From contig NC_057734.1 in assembly GCF_004010195.1 (NCBI RefSeq), forward strand, positions 43,198,957-43,262,956: a stretch of DNA of 64,000 nucleotides, written 5' to 3'. The position numbers and the translations under genes are program-made. The number at the start of each line of letters is the position of its first letter. The first letter of the stretch is position 1. Below the pieces are notes generated by a model. That model saw nothing but the letters and a program-made list of their open reading frames with translations. It did not search any database and was not told the origin of the DNA. Shown here piece after piece: positions 49,233-61,985 of this stretch. Origin of the DNA: Chiloscyllium plagiosum. Its lineage: Eukaryota.

Positions 49233-51613
49233 ATGGTTCCTAATAATTGTCTATTGAGTGCATGACAGATTTACTTCAGTATGCATGTTAATAGTATATT
49301 CAAGGCCTTGTTAAGTTACTTATGAAATTCCTTTTAAATAATGTAAAATATGATTGAATTATATTTTACCTCGATACTTATCCTATCTTTGAAGAAGCTT
49401 ATTCCTCTATCATTCACTTCTGTGTGAACTAACCACCTCCCGTATGTCACCTTCGTGACCTTCCTTTATTTGTGAGCTTCAACACTACACCACAGCGCAA
49501 ACAAAAATTGAGCACACTCTGCTTAAGTTTTTATAGACAAGAAATTGCAAGTATTTGTGATCTGCACTTTCACCCCACCAAGCTCTTATGTCCAGCATCG
49601 AAGAGAAAATTCTACTCATGGTTGATGGTTCCCTTCACTGTGGAGACATCATAGTTAAACTATGTTCAGTCTTCAGCCCAGGTACATAAAACACCTTGTT
49701 AGAAGCGATTTTGTTTTTTTAATTAGACCTGAAAGGCTTTGAGAATGCTTGTTTGTTTTTTTTTTAATTTCAAGGGGCTTCTATAAATGATAATTACAAT
49801 TGAACCATTTTTCTGGATCGGTACTGGAACATGCATTTGATTTTTTTTTCTTTTCCCTCATCAGGAATGGTGTAGATTCTTAACTATTTACCTGGCTGAA
49901 ATCTATTAGCCCCACCATTGACCTGATGTCTGATTGTATATAGTGTTTGAAATTTGAAATGTAAAATATAAAAAGATGTATGATTTACAAAGGGAAATAT
50001 AATTTAAGGGGAACTTGGCATTCAAGCAGGCTATGCCTCACAGAACAGAAATGATTTCATTTGATTGAAATTAGAAAAGACTAATGGAATTTTGAGCATA
50101 TTGAAAACTAATGATGACTACATTTGTTAAATAAACTGATGGAATTAGATTTCTTTCATACATTCCACTGCAATGATTAGCATTCAACATGAAGCTTGGC
50201 TCGCTGAATTTGTTGTACCTCCTGGAATTTTACATTATTTATTCTTTGATATCGGAGACTGAAGCAACTTGTATTGATGTGACTGAGGAACTTACTATGC
50301 TAAATGGGGGGGTTTGGTCTGAATTCAAAATCATTGGAACACTTTTTAACAGCTATCAGAGGAGGCTGATCTACATCCTATTTATTTTGTTGCAGCTACT
50401 AGCCTAGTTAAATATAAGATCCAGGAGCAGGAGAAGGTAATTCATCCTCTTCAATCTGCTCCATCATTTAGTACAGCCATGGCTGACCTCACCTCTACTT
50501 TCCTGCTCATTATTCTCCTTAACCCTCCAAACCCATTACCAAATAAAATCTATCTATCTCTCGATAGATAGCCCAGCATCCACCACATTCTGATGTAATG
50601 AATTCCACAGATTTTGAGAAGTAAATACCATAACTCAAGAAATGTAAAAACAAGCTGTATCAACACAGAATATTTTGTAGGTTAATATCTTGTTTCTGTC
50701 TTGTTTTATGATTTGGTCTATTAGGAGTCAAGTGAGTCGCAAGGAATCTAGCTAGTCTTAATATGTTCATGCTTTTGCAATGAAAAGCATTAGTCCTTGC
50801 TTGCTACTTAACATTAGTCTATGGATAAATACTTAAGAAAACTTGCTTTCTAGATATAAATGTTAAATATAGCTTTGTTAATCACTTAATAGTTCTATAA
50901 CATTTGCTTTGCTATCAGACCTGTTTTTAGTGGCACACATCCTTTGAGCTCAGGTTTTGGACAGCATTCCAGGACTTAGCATCTTTGAGGTTTTCAGTAT
51001 AAATGGATATTATTCAACCATCGTATCTGTACAGGTCTTTCAATACAGGTAGCTCTCCTATAATGCAGTAGTTGCGTTCCTACGTGAGACAGTGTTATAG
51101 AAAATTGCGCAATATAAATAATGGGGCCTATGAGAAAAACTGGGTTATGGACGAACCACCAAAAATATCAGTAAAAATAGTAGTTAGACTGTGCTATCGT
51201 TTGTGTTAGGCTAAGTAAATCTTTAAATCATATTTTAACGAAATGAGTAAATTTAACAATAAAACTAAAATCGCTGATTACAGCACTGTACTTTTCACGA
51301 AGCTCTTCAGCAGAAATCATGTGTTGATGGACCATGTGATGCCACTGTTCTCCTCAAGATTTTCCCCCAGTTTGTAATAAAGTTTCTTCTAAATGTAGAC
51401 TACAATTCCCAGTGTCAAACTAACTTCCAAGGTATTTCTGTTCTAGCTGAATACATTGAATTTGCATTTTGCAGACAGAGGATCCTGAGGCTAGGTTTTG
51501 CTGTTCAGCTAGTGCTGGGGATGGAAATCACATACAGTGAAGGGGAGTTTGCTTTATTTAAAAAAAGTCTGCAATTCACAATCTCACTACAACCAAATCT
51601 CGTTTAATAAATT

Positions 51614-53640
51614 CAGAGGAACCTCGATTGTCCGAATATCAATTATCTGAATTTCGGATTATCCGAAGAAGATCTCAACATCCTGAGAGAAACATTACAT
51701 TCCAACACTATTTACGTCTTTTGTTTACAATGATTAAATTGCAATGACAGTCATTCTAAATCGAAGAGACTACATTGAAAAAGCGAACGCACTACTTACA
51801 GATACCAACACTTACCAACTAGAGAACCGAATCACAGCCCTAATAAAAAAAGCTTTAGAAATCTGGAGAATAAAATAAAACTAGCTCCCAAAAAATGAAA
51901 CAGATGGATCCAACACCCCATGCTTCTACGGATTACTCAAAATTCATAAACCAGGAGCCCCCCTCAGACCCATAGTCTCGCTACCTGGTTCACCACCTAC
52001 AGATTGGCCAAGAAGCTACACAAAACACTAAAACACTTCGTAGAAGACTCCCATCACTCCATCCAAGAATTCCAGAAGACCAAAGACATTAAGATAGAAG
52101 AGGATGAAATAATGGTCTCCTTTGTTATAACAGACCTGTTTACATCAATTGACATTAACCTGGCCAAGGAAACGCTGACTACACTATTAGAAGACCCAAA
52201 GACACGTACATCAAACACCACTTCTTCAGCAAGGACAGTATCGTCAAGCTAGTGGACCACACTCTTCAGCTTCAACAACAAAACCTACAGACAAACCAAC
52301 GGAATACCCATGGAATCTCCGATATCAGGGTTCTTAGCAGAGGTAGTAATGCAGAAACTCGAACAAACAGCTCTGCCAACCATCCAACCCAAACTTTGGG
52401 TCTGCTACTTGCATGACATCTTTGTCATCACTAAATGAAACAAATTAGAAGAAACCTTAGAAGGCCATCAATAATACCCTTGCTGGTATAAAATTCACTA
52501 AAGAGGAGGAAAACAACAACAAACTGCCATTCCTAGATGTCACAGTAGAGCAAACAGCCAATGGGGAACTTCAAACCAGCGTTTGCAGGAAAACATCACA
52601 TACGGACCAAATACTGAACTACAGAAGCAATCATCACAATATCCACAAACGAAGCTGCATCAGAACATTATTTCAACAAGCCAACACACACTACAGCACA
52701 AACGAATTATGCAGAGCAGAGGAAAATTACCTATACCGTGTATTTAAAAAGAATGGGTACCCAATGAACACAGTCCGCCAATTTCTCAGCAACAAAGAAG
52801 CAGACAAAATGCGTCCAGAAACCCTAGCCACTCTCCCCGACGTCAAAGACATCTCTGAAATGACTGCCAGACTACTCAGACCCCTTGGCATCATGGCACC
52901 CCACAAACCCACTAACAACTAAAACAGCAGTTAATGAACTTGAAAGATCCTACACAGACGACAAGTAAAACTAAGGTCATTTACAAAATACCATGCAAGA
53001 ACTGTAACAAACACTACATTGGACAAACAGGCATAAAACTAGCCACCAGGATACATGAACACCAACGAGCCACAAAACGACATGACCCTCTCTCGCTAGT
53101 ATCCTTACATACAGATAAGGAAGGATACCACTTTGACTAGGACAACATATCAATCCCAGGACAAGCCGAACAGAGACATGCATGAGAATTCATAGAAGCA
53201 TGGCATTCCAACTGGAACTCTATCAACAAACACATCGAGTTACAACTTATCTACCACCCCCTGAGAAAAAGAACAAGAAATGACATCACCACAGGAAATG
53301 ACATCGACCCAAAGAAAGGGGTGGATGGGTGGGGCTCACTCGCAGTGTGCTGATGACTAATCTGATTGAGGAGCAGACTTAGTAAGTGTTTGCTGTGTCA
53401 ATCCCATTGAACTGATTAGGGTGTGGGGGAGGCTGCAGGTCCCTTACACACAAGCGCGTGTCTGCTCAGAAATAAACCCTGAGACACAGAGAGGGAGCAA
53501 GGCAGGCAGAGTAAGAAAAAAAAGAAACTTCAGAAAACTCTGGAACCCAGAGGAGAGGCATTGAATCAATTAACCAAATAATCAATTATCCAACCGAAAT
53601 AGTGCCCACCCATCTCGTCCGGATAATCGAGGTTCTTCTG
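51614..53640. mobile_element. Inner pogo/Tigger-like MITE
   Basis: TIRs CAGAGGAACCTCGATTGTCCG and CGGATAATCGAGGTTCTTCTG; right flank TA, left flank TT; internal ATTATCCGAA repeats. Confidence 0.8.
51742..53315 (+). mobile_element. Penelope-like retroelement ORF remnant (RT plus GIY-YIG endonuclease)
   Basis: MTVILNRRDYIEKA..., KIHKPGAPLRPIVS, EIMVSF..TDLFTSI, LPFLDV and VIYKIPCKNCNKHYIGQTG...RIHEH (ORF 52934..53140). Confidence 0.9.
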
Positions 53641-53845
53641 TATTCATGCATTATAGGAGAACTACCTGTATTGCATCCAAAAATTTATTCGACATTCTTC
53701 CATCCTTTCTTTCCTTCAAATATTTATCTGTTTGCTTTAAATGATCTTTATCTAAATTTCCCTTTCTGACAATATGTTCCATGCTTCCAACATTTTTAAA
53801 ACAAAATCATATCACAGTTAATGACAATTGCCACCGTGGAAATTT

Positions 53846-54182
53846 TAGAATCATAGATCCTGACAATGCAGAAAGAGGTAATTCAGCCCATTCAGTCTGC
53901 ACTCTCCCTCCAAATGGCGTCACATCCAAACCCACCCCCAACCCATCCTTGTAACCCTGCGTTGGGGTTTTACTATGCCCAAACCACCTAACTGGACACT
54001 AGGGGGCAATTTAGCATAGTCAATCCACCTTTGGACTGTGGGAAGAAACTGGAGCACAGAGCAGAAATCCACACAGACATGGGGAAAATATGCAAACTCC
54101 ACACAGTTGCTCAAGGCTGGAATCAAACCTGGTTTCTGGTACCTTGAGGTAGCAGTGCTGATCATTGTCCCACCATACCACC
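53846..54182 (-). mobile_element. HE1-like V-SINE (older copy)
   Basis: TTTAGCATAGTCAATCCACCT..GGACTGTGGGAAGAAACTGGAGCAC and tRNA-like head remnants. Confidence 0.75.
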
Positions 54183-55105
54183 AATTAAATTAATTTCATT
54201 GGCTCTGAAACCAGAGAAAGGACAAAAATCTTTAAGCCCTTCATAATTTTAAAATATCCTATTAGATCACCACTATGCATGAAAATAACTCTTGTTTCTC
54301 AGTTCTCTCCTTCAAACCAAATAGTTATATGAATAATTATAGTTTATCATCCCCATTACACTCTGTTTGAGCTTTGAGGTTTTAATGTCCTTTCGATAAT
54401 AGGGCCACTAAAATGCTGCACTGTCATGTAATTATTATCTTGGTCAAATCTTCTATTACTATTAATTTTGGACCAATTGAAATGCTTCAATGCTATTTGA
54501 TTGCTTATGTAGACAAGCAGGAGGCTAGAAGAACACAGCAAGGTGGAGAAGTCAATGTTTCGGGTGTAACCCTTCTTCAAGACTGGGGGTGGGGGTAGAG
54601 GGAGCTGCAGACGAAGGGGCAGCTGGTGAGGTAGATAGGAATAGGTGAACACAGAAACACGATACAACCTGATTGGTCGATGGGAGGAATAGATTTGGTT
54701 GGTAGCCGGAAGGAAGAGTCAATCAGAGGAATGGAATGGCTTGCTGTGTTCTTCCAGCCTCCTGCTTGTCTTCCTTGAATTCCGGCATCTGTAGTTTTTT
54801 TGTCTCCAACCAAATTTGATTGTTTATAGCTTTATTTAAATGCACAAATTCTATAAATTACATTATTTTCCAGAATTTTTCTCATCACATTTCATGTTTA
54901 ATGATATGGCCAAAGCTAAAATGTATTGCCCCTTCCCAGTCACCCATGAGAAGTTCATGGTGAGACCCTCTTGAATCACTAGTGATGAAGGTGTCTGTGA
55001 AGAAATGACAACTATATATGAAAAGGCTAGGCCTCTTGTGGTGTAGTGGCAACATCTGTACACTTGAGCCAGGAGGCCAAGGTTCACTTGCCCCAAGGTG
55101 TCCAC

Positions 55106-55318
55106 AGTGTGGTGCTGGAAAAGCACAGCAGGTAAGGCAGCATCCTAGGAGGAAGGGAATCGACGATTCGGGCATAAGCACTTCATTGTATTCCTGATGA
55201 AGGGCTTATGCCCAGAACGTCGACTCTCCTGCTCCTCGTATGCTGCCTGACCAGCTGTGCTTTTCCAGTGCCACACTCTCCTCTCTGATCTACAGCAACT
55301 GCAGTCCTCACTTTCTCC
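55106..55318. mobile_element. Palindromic PLE-derived element inserted in a short tRNA-derived SINE head (~55030)
   Basis: Inverted arms with centre CTTCATTGTATTCCTGATGAAGGGCTTATGCCCAGAACGTC; flanks TGCCCCAAGG and TGCCCCAGGG. Confidence 0.75.
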
Positions 55319-55574
55319 TGCCCCAGGGATGTGTTCCACCACATTCAAACAGTATCTACATGTCAAAGGAAGGAATGCCATGCAACTTGCAGGGGAGTGT
55401 TCCTATTGCACCTGCTTTTACTTGTACTATTGGTTGATAGAGATGGTGGCGATGGCTCAGGAACATGTGAATTGCGTCCTTTCCAGAAATAAAACATGGG
55501 AGGCTCTTGGGACGCTTTCCTGCATGAATTACGCTGCGTGGATGCAGACTGATGCTGGAGGCTGAGAGAACCAG

Positions 55575-55935
55575 GTGCTGCGCGCCCGTGCGCGCTCCAT
55601 GTCAATAGGTCGCGCGGTCCCGGCTGCTCGGAGCGCGCACGTTCCCCTGGGTTACGCGGCCGTGCGCGCCTCCTGTCACCGCAGTGCTCTTCGTACCGGG
55701 ACCGGACGCCAACAGCCGGCGATACCGTTAAAATGCCGTGAGCGACTGGCGGATCCTCCAGGACTGGTCACCGGCTCCACAACCACCAGCCGGCAGCACG
55801 GTAACGGCAGCGAGCAGCAGCGTCCGGCCGATGAGCAGACCCTCGCCCCACGCCCGGCCCGGCCCACTGAGTCCAGGGGCTGCTCGGAGCCCCGCCCCTG
55901 GGACAGCGGCACCGCCGGCCGCCGCTGGGGGGCAG
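55575..55935 (+). promoter_or_regulatory. CpG island and probable first exon of an unidentified gene (ATG 55733; candidate donor CC|GTGAGC at 55737/55738)
   Basis: Dense CpG, NRF1-like TGCGCGC repeats at 55579-55670, and AAAATGCC immediately followed by a consensus-like donor GTGAGC. Confidence 0.6.
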
Positions 55936-55945
55936 CAAATCATGA

Positions 55946-56900
55946 CAGGTCAGTGAGCAAGACTGACCAGGGCTTGGGATCAGAGGGCAACAGGTCAGGG
56001 GTCAAGACTGACCAGGGCTTGGGAATCAAAGGCTAACAGGTCAGGGGTCAAGACTGACCAGGGCTTGGGAATCAAAGGGTAACAGGTCAGGGGTCAAGAC
56101 CGACCAGGGCTTGGGGATCAGAGGGCAACAGGTCAGGGGTCAAGACTGACCAGGGTTTGGGAATCAAAGGCTAACAGGTCAGGGGTCAAGATTGACCAGG
56201 GCTTGGGAATCAAAGGGTAACAGGTCAGGGGTCAAGACCGACCAGGGCTTGGGGATCAGAGGGCAACAGGTCAGGGGTCAAGACTGACCAGGGCTTGGGA
56301 ATCAAAGGGTAACAGGTCAGGGGTCAAGACTGACCAGGGCTTGAGGAACAGAGGGCAATAGGTCAGGGGTCAAGACCAACCAGGGCTTGGGAATCAAAGG
56401 GTAACAGGTCAGGGGTCAAGACCGACCAGAACTTGGGGTCATAGCTCAATAGGTTGGGGGGGAGATTGACCAGGGCTTGGGGTCACATTGCAATAGGTTG
56501 GGGGAAAGATTGACCATGGCTTGGGATCATTGAGGACAATAAGTCAGGCGACAAGATTGACCAGGACATAAGGATCACTGAGGGCAAAAGGTCAGGTAGC
56601 ATCACTGATCAGTGGAGGTCACTGAGGGAAATAGAGCTGGGGGCAAAACTTGCTAGGATTTGAGGGTCACTGAGAGTAAAGGTCAGTGGAGGGTGAAAGA
56701 CTGACCAGGTTTTGGGGGTCAATGGAGGCAAGACCAACCAGCTTTTGATGGTCACTGAGAGCAGCAACTCTGGAGATTACAATGACCAGATCTTAAGGTA
56801 TAGGAGCAGAACTGAAGATAAGGGACCAACATTGACCAGTGTTTGGATCCGTAAGGTCAAGAAACTAGAGCAGATCAGCAGACAGTAGACCAGAATGACA
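55946..56900. repeat. 46-bp minisatellite (11 well-preserved units to ~56450, then decaying)
   Basis: Unit CAGGTCAGGGGTCAAGACTGACCAGGGCTTGGGAATCAAAGGGTAA, with starts at 55946, 55991, 56037, 56083, 56129, 56175, 56221, 56267, 56313, 56359 and 56405. Confidence 0.95.
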
Positions 56901-57221
56901 GTGATTTGGGAATTACAGAGCAGATACCCATGTCAGAGGAGTCAAGACATTGTGAACAGTTGGCATAGTGTAGACAAAGAGGCAATGCAGTCTGCAGCAC
57001 ATTTTTCAACCATCACGTAGTGGTTAGTGAGGATCATTTCCGAGTCAGTGGGCATGAGATCCACTCCTGGAATTTAAGCACAAAATCTTTGCTGAAATAC
57101 CAGTGAAATCCTCCACAACTAAGCAATTCTGTTCATCGAACCCACTATGTCATTCAATAAAACCATGGCTGATCTGACAGTACCCTGGACTCCCTTTCCT
57201 GCCTGTCTCCTTCATAACTCT

Positions 57222-60118
57222 CGAAGAGTTTAGTGCTGGAGAAGACAGCTGGTCAGGTAGCAACCGAGGAGAGGAGAGTCAATGTTTCGAGCATAATCTC
57301 TTCATCATGTATATGGGGCGGACCCAAAGGGGCTGAAAGATAAATGGGAGGGGGGTGGAACTAGGGGAAAGGTAGCTGGGAATGCGATTGGTAGATGAAG
57401 GTGTGGGGTGATGGTGATAGGTCAGAGTGGAGGATGGAGCAGATAGGTGGGAAGGAAGATGGACAGATAGTACAGTTCAAGAGGGTAGTGCTGAGTTGGA
57501 AGGTTGGATCTGGAATAAGGTGGGTGGAGGGGAAATGAGGAAACTGGTGAAATCCACATTAATCCAGTGTGGTTGGAAGGTCCCAAGGAGGAAGCTGAGG
57601 TGTTCTTCTTCCAGGTGTCGGGTGGCTAGAGTTTAGTGGTAGAGGAGGCCCAACACTTGCATGTCCTTATCGGAGTGGGAGGGGTGTTAAAGTGTTCGGG
57701 CAGATGGGGGGGGGGGTAGGGTTGTTTAGTGCATGTGCCCAGAGATGTTCTCTGAAACGTTCCGCAAGTTGGCATCCTGTCTCCCCAATGTAGAAGAGAG
57801 CACACTGAGAGCAACAGACAAAGTAGATGACGTGTGTGGAAGTACAGATGCAGAAGGATCCTTTGGGGCCTTGGATGAAGGTGAGGGGGGAGCTGTGGGC
57901 GCAGGTTTTGCACCTCTGGCGGTGGCAGGGGAAGGTGCTGGGAGTGGAAGGTGGGTTGGTCAGGGGCGTGGACCTGACGAGAAAGTCATGGAGGGAATGG
58001 TCTCTTCACAATGCAGGTAGGAGTATGGAGGGAAATATATCCATGGGATAATGGGTCTGTTTGTAGGTGGTGGAAATGGCAGAGGATGATGCATTGTATC
58101 TGGAGGTTAGTGGAATGGAAGGTGAGGACTGAGGGCAATTCTGTCCTTGTTGCGATTGGAGAGTGGGATTCAACTCGCGGATACCTCCTCCCTCTGCCCC
58201 CTCAATCACGACCTCACCTTCCATCACCAAACCATCATCTCCCAGACCATCCACAACCTCATCACCTCAGGGATCTCCTACCCACAGCCTTCAACCTCAT
58301 GGTCCGGGAACCCCAAACCGCCCGGTTCTACCTCCTATCCAAAATTCACAAACCTGACTGCCCCGGTCGACCCATCATCCCAGCATACTCCTGCCCCACC
58401 AAACTTATCTCTGCATACTTTGACACTGTCCTGTCTCCCTTGGTCCAGGAACTCTCCACATACATTTGGGACACCACCCACATCCTCCACCTCCTCCATG
58501 ACTTTCATTTCCCTGGTCCCCAGTGCCTCATCTTCACTATGGACATCCATCCCCCATGATGAAGGCCTCCAAGTCCTCCGTTTCTTCCTCTCCTGCCGAC
58601 CCCAACCAGTACCCTTCCACTGTCACACTCAACCAATTAGCTGAAGTAGTCCTCAACAATTTTTCTTTCGAATCCTCCCAGTACCTCCAGACCAAAGGGG
58701 TAGCCGTGGGCACCCACATGGGTCTCAGCAATACCTGCCTCTTCGTCGGATATGTGGAACAGTCCATCTTCCGCAGCAACACTGGCACTTTTTCCCCACT
58801 TTTTCCTCCGCTACATTGATGTATCAGTGCCACCTCATGCTCCCATGAGGAGGTAGAACAGTTCATCAACTTCAGGAACACCTTCCACCCTGACCTCAAG
58901 TTCACCTGGACCATCCTGGACAACACCCTCACCTTCCTGGACCTCTCCATCTCCATTTCCGGTGATCGACTTAACACTGAGATCGACTACAAACCCACTG
59001 ACTCCCACAGTTATCTGGACTACACCTCCTCCCATCTGCATCCTGTAAAAATGCTATTCCTTATTCCTAATTCCTCCGCCATCCCAGAAGGCCTCCTTCT
59101 TCAAAGACTGCAATTTGCCCTCCCACGTGGTTGACAATGCCTTCCAGTACATCTCCTGCACTTTCCACACTTCCACCCTTGGATCCTACCCCTCCAACCA
59201 CAACACGGATAGAACCCACCCACCCCGGTCCTCACCTTCTACCCCACCAACCTCTGGATACATCACATCATCCTCTGCCATTTCTGCCACCTACAAACAG
59301 ACGCCACCATCAGGGATATATTTCCCTCCCCACACCTACCTGCGTTGCAGAGAGACCATGCCCTCTGTGATTCCCTTGTTTGGTCGATGCCCCCGAGGTG
59401 CAAAACCTGTGACCACATATCCCCCCTCACCTTCATGCAAGGCCCCAGAGGATCCTTCAGCATATGAGAGAGATTTACCTGTACTTCCACACACATTATC
59501 TTCTGTGTCTGTTGCTCTCGATGTGGTCACCTCTACATTGGGGAGACAGGATGCCAACTTGCAGTACGTTTTAGAGAACATTACTGGGACACACGCACAA
59601 AACAACCCTACCGCCGAACCTCCTTCCCTCTCCGCCAAGGACATGCAAGTGCTGGGCCTCCTCTGCCGCCAAACTCTAGCCACAAACGCCTGGGGGAAGA
59701 AAGCCTCAGCTTCCTCCTTGGGACCCTCCAACTGCACGGAATCAATGTGTATTTCACCAGTTCCCTCATTTCCCCATCTCCCCACTTTATCCCAGATCCA
59801 ACCTTGCAACTGGGAACCACCCTTTTGAACTGTCATACCTGTTCATCTTCCTTCCCACCTCTCCGCTCCACCCTCCTCTCCGACCTATCACCATCACCCC
59901 CACCCCAGTCTACCTGTCACCTTCCCAGCTGCCTGTCCCCAAAATCACCCCCCTTCCATTTATCTCTCAGTCTCCTTGGGCCCCCACCCCACATGCTTGA
60001 TGAAGAGCTTATACTCGAAACAGCAACTCTCCTGCTCCTTGGATGCTGCCCGACCGGATGTACTTTTCCAGCACCACACTCTTTGACTTTGATCTCCAGC
60101 ATCTGCAGTCCTCATTTC
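57222..60118. mobile_element. Penelope-like element with an inverted 5' arm (minus ~57222-58175; plus ~58176-60118), inserted in an old CR1
   Basis: RT remnants (ARFYLLSKIHKPDCPGRPII; LIFTMDI; YLQTKGVAVGT; LTFLDL), GIY-YIG remnants (C..C...YIGETG), pseudo-LTR hammerheads at both ends, and a 15-bp direct repeat CTCCTTCATAACTCT at 57207 and 60119. Confidence 0.88.
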
Positions 60119-60133
60119 CTCCTTCATAACTCT

Positions 60134-60920
60134 GTAGACCAAATATCCGTCTAGGTCAGCACTGAAGTCTGGGTGATTGCATGTAATTCATTGCTCCCTG
60201 TGGAAGAGAATTCCAAAGACTAATGACTCTGAGAAAAACAAACATTCTTCTCGTCATCTTAACTTGACAGCTTCCTTATTTTAAAGCCGTTCTGTAATTC
60301 TAGATTACGCCACAAGAGAAAACATCCTCTTAGCATTTATCCTGTCAGCAAGATCACTTCTCGTACTTTGAAACTCCACTGATTGTAGGCTCAATCTTTC
60401 TTTGTGAAACAATCCCTTCAGCCCAGTAATCAGCTACAGAACCTTCTCTGACTTATTTCCATTGCAAATACATCTTTCCTTAAGGCAACTAAAACTATGC
60501 ACGGTACTCTAGGTTTGACCTTGCAATGTTCCGTGTGCATGTGGCAAGACTTCCCTAATTTTATATTCCATCCTTCTTACAATAAATGTCAATGTACCAT
60601 CTGTCTTCTTAATTACTTGTTGCACTACACATTGCCTTTATGTAATTCTTGTGTGAGTATACCCGGATCCCATGTACCACAGCATTCGGCCTTTAAATAA
60701 ATATTTTGCTTTTCTATTCTACTTTAGACAGCCATATTATATGCCATCTTTTTGCCTGCTCATTTAACCTATCGAAATCCATTTGTACCTACTCCTCAGT
60801 TTGTTTTCCTACCTAGCTTTATATCGTTTGCAAATTTGGCTGCAATACAGACAGTTATTCAAGTTGTTAATATAGAATATACTGTAAATAGTTGAGACTC
60901 CACCAGTGATCCCCGTGGCA
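60134..60920 (-). mobile_element. Old CR1 fragment (its tail lies at ~57125-57220, across the PLE)
   Basis: Reverse-complement CR1 hallmarks GAAGAGAATTCCAAAGAC, GTTTGCAAATTTGG and GATCCCCGTGGCAC (GVPRGS). Confidence 0.65.
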
Positions 60921-61813
60921 CTGGGCAAATACACCACATCCACTTGTTACATTCTCAAAAGAATTGTTACACCTCAGTGCAGACCTGAGGAATCAGAAAA
61001 CCAGAACAGTCCTGAGGCAAGCGGTGTTTTTCAGCTGAAGACTCACCTGCCCTCAGTTAGATGTAGCAGGTCCCAGGCATAGAGAGAAGGGACATCTTCC
61101 CAGTGCCCTTGCTGATACTTATTCCTAACCACTATCGCTATCTTGTTATTTTCACACTGCTGTGTGTGGGACATTCCTTGTGTAAAATGTTTTCTATCTA
61201 CATTACACTTCAAAAGCACTTGTTTACTTATAAAGCATTTTGGATGTCCTGAGGTGTAGAAAGGCATTGTATAGATGCAAGACTTTCTTTTTGAGGTACA
61301 ATATATTGAATTAAATGGGAATATTAAGATCCCTGATGTTCAGTGCTGTGTAATTCTGTAAAGGAGGTAAACAATCAGGATTAGACAGCCCTGCGTATGG
61401 TGCCAGTAAATAAAGTTCTACTTGTTTTAAGACTGTAACAATCTCATTTGAAATCAAATATTAAGAGAGGGAATGGGAACCTGGATGTGAGGGTCTGGAT
61501 CAAATACAAAGATTTACTGAAGATTACAAAACAAGCAAAGGTTTACCAAAGACCCTGTCTGAAAGATTCATACAGGTGTCAGTGTGATTACTCTAGATGT
61601 GATTTTAGTTCCTCATTTTGGATTGTCTGTTCTTGTGTTTTGTATATGGTAAGGGGGTTTTGAAACAGGGCTGTGCAGCTTCAGTGGCAGACTGGACGTA
61701 GGTGGCTACAGTGTCTCTGGTTTAGCAACGTGCATTAATTTTGGATGCAAAATATCCTCTACCTGTTTGCTTATTTAAAAACCATTCACTGGTTTGTGTT
61801 CTTTATTTCCAAA

Positions 61814-61985
61814 ATGTGGAGGTGCCTGTGTTGGACCAAGTCAGAAATCACACGACACCAGGTTATAGTCCAACAGGTTTATTTAAAATCACAAGCTTTC
61901 ATCCTGCTGCTCCTTCATCACTCCAAAAACTTGTGATTTCAAATAAACCTATTGGACTATAACCTGGTATTGTGTGACTTCTGAC
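61814..61985. mobile_element. Palindromic PLE-derived element, AGCU family
   Basis: Arms AAGTCAGAAATCACACGACACCAGGTTATAGTCCAACAGGTTTATTT and its reverse complement; flanks CTTTATTTCCAAA and CTTTATTTTCAAA. Confidence 0.72.

Larger units (their letters stand above)
51046..53668. mobile_element. Outer Tc1/mariner-pogo (Tigger-like) non-autonomous DNA transposon
   Basis: TIRs CAGGTAGCTCTCCTATAATGCA and TGCATTATAGGAGAACTACCTG (21/22 match), flanked by TA on both sides. Confidence 0.85.

Noticed and set aside
55733-55745. Alpha-tubulin start (ATG CGT GAG, MRE), tempting because TUBA3 genes neighbour human MZT2A/B
   Set aside because: The sequence is ATGCCGTGAG with an extra C, and no tubulin exons are present in the window.
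55946-56450. CRISPR-like regular array
   Set aside because: Head-to-tail units with no unique spacers, no cas genes, vertebrate context.
60978-61016. Candidate second exon of the orphan gene (would give MPADLRNQKTRTVL, GC donor)
   Set aside because: Weak polypyrimidine tract, non-canonical donor, wedged between TE relics, and no recognisable homology.
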